A DNA stretch of 5,005 bases from Selaginella moellendorffii (Eukaryota; Plantae; Lycopodiophyta): the NCBI RefSeq assembly GCF_000143415.4, contig NW_003314756.1, positions 1 through 5,005 of the forward strand. The letters are read 5' to 3'. The notes beneath the pieces are model-generated. The model was given only the letters and a program-made list of their open reading frames with translations. It was not told where the DNA came from and ran no database searches. Shown here piece by piece: positions 1-5,005 of the stretch. The position numbers were made by a program, and so were the translations under genes. Position 1 is the stretch's first letter. Every line of letters starts with the position of its first letter.

Positions 1-99
1 TGCGTCTAGCTTGGGTCTAAGCCCAAGTTCCATTCCATGCTAGCTGGTGGAGTACCCATGTCCTCACGTTAGGCCACCGGTATGCCAAAATAGCGCCAG

Positions 100-253
100 A
101 CTCCGTTTGGCTCCGTTTTGCGTGCTGGTCCTGGCATTGGGATGCTGGTTGCTCTAGGACTGTTCCAAGTCGCTCCGGGCTCCTGTCCCTTCGCTCCTTG
201 GGCTGTATGTTCAGGAGTTGCTCCGTGGTTCGGTTCTGTCACTCCTCGGCTCC
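100..253 (+). repeat. Cluster of short (G/A)CTCC motifs, possibly a degenerate sub-repeat within the LTR
   Basis: GCTCC at 110, 172, 179, 193, 220 and 249, and ACTCC at 100 and 241. Includes a 10-bp-period duplication of CTCCGTTT (101-108, 111-118). Confidence 0.55.
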
Positions 254-316
254 ATGCTTGGGAGTTTGGCACCGTTCCTTCGTTCAGTGGCCCAAGGCCC
301 TGAACCTTGGGTTCCT

Positions 317-358
317 ATGGACATGTGGCATGTGACATGTGGCATCTGTCACGTGGCA
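317..358. repeat. Three imperfect 14-bp tandem repeats, each with a CA(C/T)GTGGCA G-box/E-box/ABRE-like core
   Basis: ATGGACATGTGGCA (317-330), TGTGACATGTGGCA (331-344), TCTGTCACGTGGCA (345-358); exact 14-bp period. Confidence 0.85.
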
Positions 359-388
359 CAAAGAGGGTTTAGGTTCTGCTTCGTAGTG

Positions 389-417
389 TTATCCTATGGT
401 AAATCACCATAGGATAA
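389..417. repeat. Perfect 12-bp inverted repeat with a 5-nt loop near the LTR 3' end
   Basis: TTATCCTATGGT (389-400), loop AAATC, ACCATAGGATAA (406-417); the two arms are exact reverse complements. Confidence 0.9.
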
Positions 418-443
418 AGGGTCAAAACCACGTGCGCTACATT

Positions 444-455
444 TGGTATCAGAGC
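444..455 (+). other. Primer-binding site (PBS) complementary to the 3' end of plant initiator tRNA-Met
   Basis: TGGTATCAGAGC is the exact reverse complement of GCUCUGAUACCA-3', the 3' end of plant tRNA-iMet. The match is 12 nt and is preceded by CA-TT. Confidence 0.92.
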
Positions 456-3400
456 ATGAGTCTCAGCGAGTACTATTCAATGAGATTGGGCAACTAGTCT
501 TGTTGCATACGCAGAGATGAAAACGATGATCCAAGTGGGTACACGTTTGGGTGCAAAGGCTTCGCAATTGGTTCCTTGGGTATGGATTTGGTTACCTTCT
601 TGTTCCATATTATGTGAGCTTGCTCTTGGGCTCATAGGGTGGACTGAGTTGTTCCGGTTGCATGAGTTTACGCTTGGGCTCGTGAATGAGGCACATTAGC
701 AACTCAAGATTGCACCTTGAGTTGGCAGGATTATTGATAGCCTATCGGTGGTTCCATGAGTCATTCCATGTACCGTGGGTGAAAGTAAACTTTCCCTGAG
801 TTTGCTATGAGTGGCAAATAGGCTAGTCCGTAGCTGTTTAGCACGGCACTAGTGGATCCTTCCTAGGCATGATTATAAGTGGATCAATCAAGACTGTAAG
901 GAATAGTCTATTGGTTCAAGTAATCATTGCCGTGCTCTCTCATAAACTTTTCTTCGATTGAACTGAAGGCAGTGCAAAAGCAAGCTTGAGGTTTGGTCAA
1001 AGATGAGACCGAAAAGAGAGTCATCGAGGACGGAGGATCAAATACATAAATCATTTTCTCTTCTTGGAGAGATGATTTGCAATGAGGTGTTAACTCATTG
1101 CTTGTGTTCACATTATGCAATCAAGAGTCCCTACCTCGATGCATATTGGAAGTGATGGTCTTACAAGTGGTGAGTTATGAGATGGATAGTGGTGAAACAC
1201 TAAACCATTTTGTCTAGGCTCGCTATTGGAAGATTTGGGTTGCAATGCTCAATTCTTTTCCGGGGAACCTTGCTATTGCTCCTTGAGTAGCTTGGTGTTG
1301 GATTAGTTTTGAGATTGGTCAGAAAGAGAGTGGCATGAGCTTGTCTGTGATGTAAACAAAAGTTAGTGGTGTCGGGTGTTGTAAATCTCTATCGGTGGGG
1401 TGTGGCATTTATGTTGCATTTTGTCGAATCGAGTTGACACTTGATATTCACATAAACCTTTGAAGTAATGACATGGGCATTGCTCATAGTGTTTCTTGAT
1501 TGATGATCAAGTCATTGTGATACTTATATCATATCCATGTGATAGTGAGCAATGTGTTTACGAAGTTGCTTGGGTAAATGATAATCAACCCCCAAAGTGG
1601 TTGATGGAGAAGCTAGTCTACTTGCACGAAGTAGCATTGTAGTAGCTTTAACTGGATTCTCAATGGTGGTCCATTATGCTAAGCTTAAGTTGGTACCTTG
1701 TTTTCTTGAGGGTTTGCCGATAAGGTGTTGGGAATGGGTTGTAGCATTCATTTGCTATAGCTTATCTGTTGATCCGTTAGCACTTGGAGTAGATTATTGG
1801 ATGGAGAAGGTGTGAGGTTGACGCATTGACATCGCTAGCACTTGTGTTAGTGGAAGTGGCATTGTTGATTCGAGTGATGAGGAATTTTCGTTAGAGCTTG
1901 ATTTTCCATGTCATTTTTCTTGTTAGTGTTTTGGCTTCACATTGGATCTTGAAGGTGGTTGAAGAAGAGTGTTAGTGCAATGTGGATATCTGACAATGTG
2001 GTCTTTGTAATCAAGCCTTGGATGTTCATTTTGAATTTTGCGGATGTCGGTGTTGGAGATCGATTAGATGGGCAAAGATGTTTGATGCTTAGACATATTG
2101 TTGGATTATGAGAATTTGTGTTGAGGTGAACCTATGTGAAGTAGTAGGTAGGTAGAAGTTGGTTGAGTCTTGAAAGTTTGCATTCCTGGATTGAGAGTCA
2201 TTCTTTCTCTAGGATGGAAAATTTTCCACAAATTTTCTTAGGCATTTCCAATGGCTGATCCATTGATCACTTTGCCAAAAACCATTCCATTTTCGTAAGC
2301 CAGTACAAACTAGTGAAGAGGTTGGAGTTGACTTCGATTGGCTTAGATCTTAGTAGGTAGTTTGTATCATGCGGCCCGAAAGGGATGCTAACTTTTGGGG
2401 CTAAGGCAATCGAGTTGGATAGAGTCTGAAGTTGATGTAGAAAAGTGGCCATTGTGCTTTTCTAAGAAGGGTGACTCTTGTGCCTTTCTTTTATAACATT
2501 ATGCTCGGTGGCAAGTTACACCTTGCATTTTGTTAAGACTCTATGAGAGTAGTGAGCTCTCACTGATCTTGATTTAGTCTTGGTGGCCCTGCGCCTTGGT
2601 TGAGGATGGTGATGTCCAACTTAGTTGTTTGAGGTTGAGATGTTGGTACCCATATTATAGCTTTGTCTATGAGGAGGTTGTGTACCAATATGAGTCCATC
2701 TCATGGTCTTCACTTTAGTTTCGACTGAGTGTTGATCATGCATAGTTAGCCTCTTCAAGGCATGCTCAGAGCTATTGGCTAAATGTTTTAGTGAGCTTAT
2801 TGCGGTTGAGTTAGATTTGAGTGGTAATTTAGTTTGTGCTTGTCAATGAACTTTTATCTCGTACCTAGGGTATTATGTTCATGTTGGACAAGTATATAAC
2901 TTGATGACAAGAGTTGGTGTTTGGGTCTTGTGAAGGCAAGTTGAGGAGTGATTGTTAGTTGCTTTGCGACTAGTGATTACTTGTAGACTTCATCAAGGAC
3001 CATTAACACTTGCTTTGCTCGATGATGATTTAGCAGTGATGGGCTTGCTTTACTGGATGGTGTTGCAAAGGATCGTGTCGTTAGACATACATGGGTTTTC
3101 CATGTTGGCATGTCGACTCTACCTCTATCAATATCATTTGGTTGCATTTAGTTTGTAGTGTTGGATTTCATTGAGTCTTGGATGTGGTGATTCACTCCTT
3201 GAGGAAGTGTTATCTGTAACTGAGTATTGCTGAAGGATTGGTCTTGGATACTAACTGAGTATCTTCGACTGTGGTTAGCTTCGTTGCTAGAGAGCTTTGA
3301 GTGGTGATTCACTCTTGCTTTCTTCTAGCTTTGTTCTAATGTTGATGGCATTGAAGTGATGCTTTGTCATTGACATTGTTGATATTGAGATTTCAGTGAA

Positions 3401-5005
3401 ATGAGATGTCTCTCCGCAAGATTGATGTCGAGTTTTGTTAGTCTTGATGAAGATAGTGTTGATGATTTGGCTGTAGCTTTGTGTTGTTGGCATTCGTGCA
3501 ATTGCTAATTAGTAACTGTATTGACGTTCAAATGAACTGAATGGCAAGTTTGAGTTAGTTGTGTTTTAGACGAGATTGTTTAGTAGGGGTTAAGTTTTGG
3601 CTTTTCCTTGAAAAGTGATTTAGTCGTGGACTATGCTAACTTTACGAGATGATGTGTTAGTGATTGATATTGAAGTGATTGAATCCTTGTTGGGTTTGAA
3701 TTGAGATATATCAATCATTGATGATTCATCTTGCGCTTGTTATGAAGTGCATTAGGTCTTGCTATAGATGGATTCATGGAGGATCGTTTAGTGATCACTT
3801 GTTGAGCATAACTTTGCTATGCTTAGCTTTTGGATTGATGCAGAAATGCTTTTCATTAACTTTGCATTATAAAGTTTGGTTTATAGATATGTTGAGGAGG
3901 ATATTATAGGTTGCACCATGATTTCTTCTTTTGCATTGAAGTTAGCTTTTATGAGACTCGTGATCATTGTTAGACAAGACTTGGCTATAGACTTCTTCGA
4001 ACTTTCAGTTCCTTGAGTTTTTATGCTCATTGTTCCATTTGTTTGAAGTTGTTGGGGAAGGCATTTTGGCTCATTAGCTTCGATGTTGAAGTTGGCTTTT
4101 GCATCTAGCAATCATTGGTGATGATTGACTATCATCTAGGAAAGTTGATTATGCTTGTCGAAGGTTTTGCTTGATTATCGTTGATCTAGAATGATTTGCC
4201 ATTCTTCGGAATGGTGGATTCTTTCTTCAATGACGATTATGCATCTCTTTATTGATGGGATGATTGATGATCTTTCATGATGGTTAGTTGTTCTCTTTGA
4301 TGGCTTTTGGCTTTTCACAATACCACATGTTCTTTGTGGTTTGCTTTGGATTAGTCTCTTGGGTTTGAGACATCAGTAGGATGTTGCTGACACTTGCTTA
4401 GGCAACTTGAGTTCCTTAGTGTTATTGGCTGGGATCTATCTGGATTGGCTAGTGCAATGGTTGATATGAACAAACGTTTGTTTGCTTTGCAACATTCATT
4501 TTGTTCTGTTGATTATTGCTCGAGTTAGTTCTCATAGATTAGGATGTTATTTCCTTCGGGTGATACATTCGCGAGCATTGTGCTTGTTAGTCAATGATAC
4601 TTTGTGTTCTTTGAGTTGTGTTTTGTGAGTTGTTTGGCATGCTATCTGCCATTTTCTGTAGTTAAGTTTTATCATTGAGTTTACTTGATGATATACTTGC
4701 TATTGAATTTTGTTAGATGGTGAATCCTATGTTTTCCAATGATAGTGATCTTGGTGGTTCTTATACTATAATACTAGTTTATCGGATGATAACTTACTTG
4801 GAATACTTTTGTGTTCTATCTAAGCTTTATTCACTGATAATTAAATCTCTAAAATATCATTGTCTATGACTTTGATATAGTCCCTATATTAATCTTTGAG
4901 TTTGGGCCAGTAATGGGCAGACTGGCTTCGGCACTTCGTGTGCATGCTGAAATCTCTAGTCATGGGGTAGCTACTGTCAACTGGTCACATAACCCGCCTC
5001 TCTGT
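456..5005 (+). other. Non-coding or degenerate retrotransposon internal region with strong T>A and G>C strand skew
   Basis: No ORF over 76 aa in the supplied six-frame track. Hand counts: 3421-3480 = T27 G17 A12 C4; 4621-4680 = T30 G13 A10 C7. Confidence 0.6.
3175..3314 (+). repeat. Interleaved short exact direct repeats
   Basis: GTCTTGGAT (3175-3183, 3241-3249); GTGGTGATTCACTC (3184-3197, 3301-3314); TAACTGAGTAT (3217-3227, 3252-3262). Confidence 0.7.

Larger units (their letters stand above)
1..441 (+). repeat. 3' part of the 5' long terminal repeat (ends ...GTGCGCTACA)
   Basis: Ends in CA two bases before the PBS, which is canonical spacing. It is GC-richer than the downstream DNA (121-180: 37/60 GC; 4621-4680: 20/60 GC, hand counts). 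The LTR 5' end and the second LTR copy are not seen, so the start is simply the window edge. Confidence 0.7.
1..5005 (+). mobile_element. 5' portion of a plant-type LTR retrotransposon (LTR end + tRNA-iMet PBS + non-coding or degenerate internal region); both element ends probably lie outside the window
   Basis: Canonical CA-NN-TGGTATCAGAGC junction at 440-455, a compositional shift across it, and no intact coding capacity downstream. That the element continues to 5005 is inferred from the uniform T/G-skewed composition. Copia versus Gypsy cannot be assigned. Confidence 0.7.

Noticed and set aside
1-8. TG at position 1 as the LTR 5' end
   Set aside because: The terminal inverted repeat expected from ...GCGCTACA is TGTAGCGC, whereas the window begins TGCGTCTA. 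This is probably an arbitrary window edge.
317-358. CRISPR-like array
   Set aside because: The units are 14 bp and contiguous with no spacers, there are no cas genes, and the context is a eukaryotic retroelement.
389-417. Rho-independent terminator
   Set aside because: There is no U-tract after the stem on either strand, no credible upstream gene, and the context is not bacterial.
444-455. tRNA gene fragment or endogenous caulimovirus (pararetrovirus) minus-strand priming site
   Set aside because: Only 12 nt match and there is no cloverleaf. Caulimovirids share this PBS, but the preceding CA-NN LTR-type end and the lack of movement protein, coat protein or RT ORFs favour an LTR retrotransposon.
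1002-1030. Hammerhead ribozyme (retrozyme)-like GATGAGACCGAAA
   Set aside because: It lacks the CUGANGA core and a properly placed GAAA with stems I and III.
2215-2228. Perfect 14-bp palindrome TGGAAAATTTTCCA
   Set aside because: The 7-bp AT-rich arms are roughly what chance gives once in 5 kb, and there is no supporting context.
2535-2581. Cluster of 5-6 bp inverted repeats (AAGACT/AGTCTT, ACTCT/AGAGT, AGTGAG/CTCACT)
   Set aside because: The stems are short, partly mutually exclusive, and have 2-3 nt loops. They cannot be distinguished from chance.
69-4111. All eleven supplied ORFs (60-76 aa)
   Set aside because: They are short, several start at GTG/TTG, none has a recognisable domain, and their amino-acid content mirrors the local base skew. 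Three overlap each other inside the LTR. This is what chance ORFs look like.
4263-4314. RT-like peptides IDDLS*WLVVLF and MAFGF (compare PRIDDL and YEWLVMPFGL)
   Set aside because: The spacing is incompatible with RT, where these motifs are dozens of residues apart. There is no downstream Y/F-x-DD motif at the right distance, and such residues arise readily from T/G-rich DNA.

Overview
This looks like eukaryotic (most likely plant) transposon DNA rather than a gene-bearing region. The one strongly diagnostic signal is an LTR-retrotransposon LTR/internal junction: ...GCGCTACA (LTR 3' end, CA at 440-441), a TT spacer, then TGGTATCAGAGC (444-455), the primer-binding site for plant initiator tRNA-Met. 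Bases 1-441 are GC-richer and rich in short repeats and hairpins, and are best read as the 3' part of the 5' LTR. Bases 456-5005 are a T/G-skewed internal region of about 4.5 kb with no ORF over 76 aa and no convincing gag/pol. The element is therefore non-autonomous (LARD-like), heavily decayed, or has an unusually long non-coding leader with gag-pol beyond the window. No polypurine tract or 3' LTR is visible. None of the supplied ORFs is credible as a gene. I cannot support a novel system from this window. The best leads are the non-coding element itself, the structure and cis-motifs in its LTR, and faint protease-like peptide remnants.
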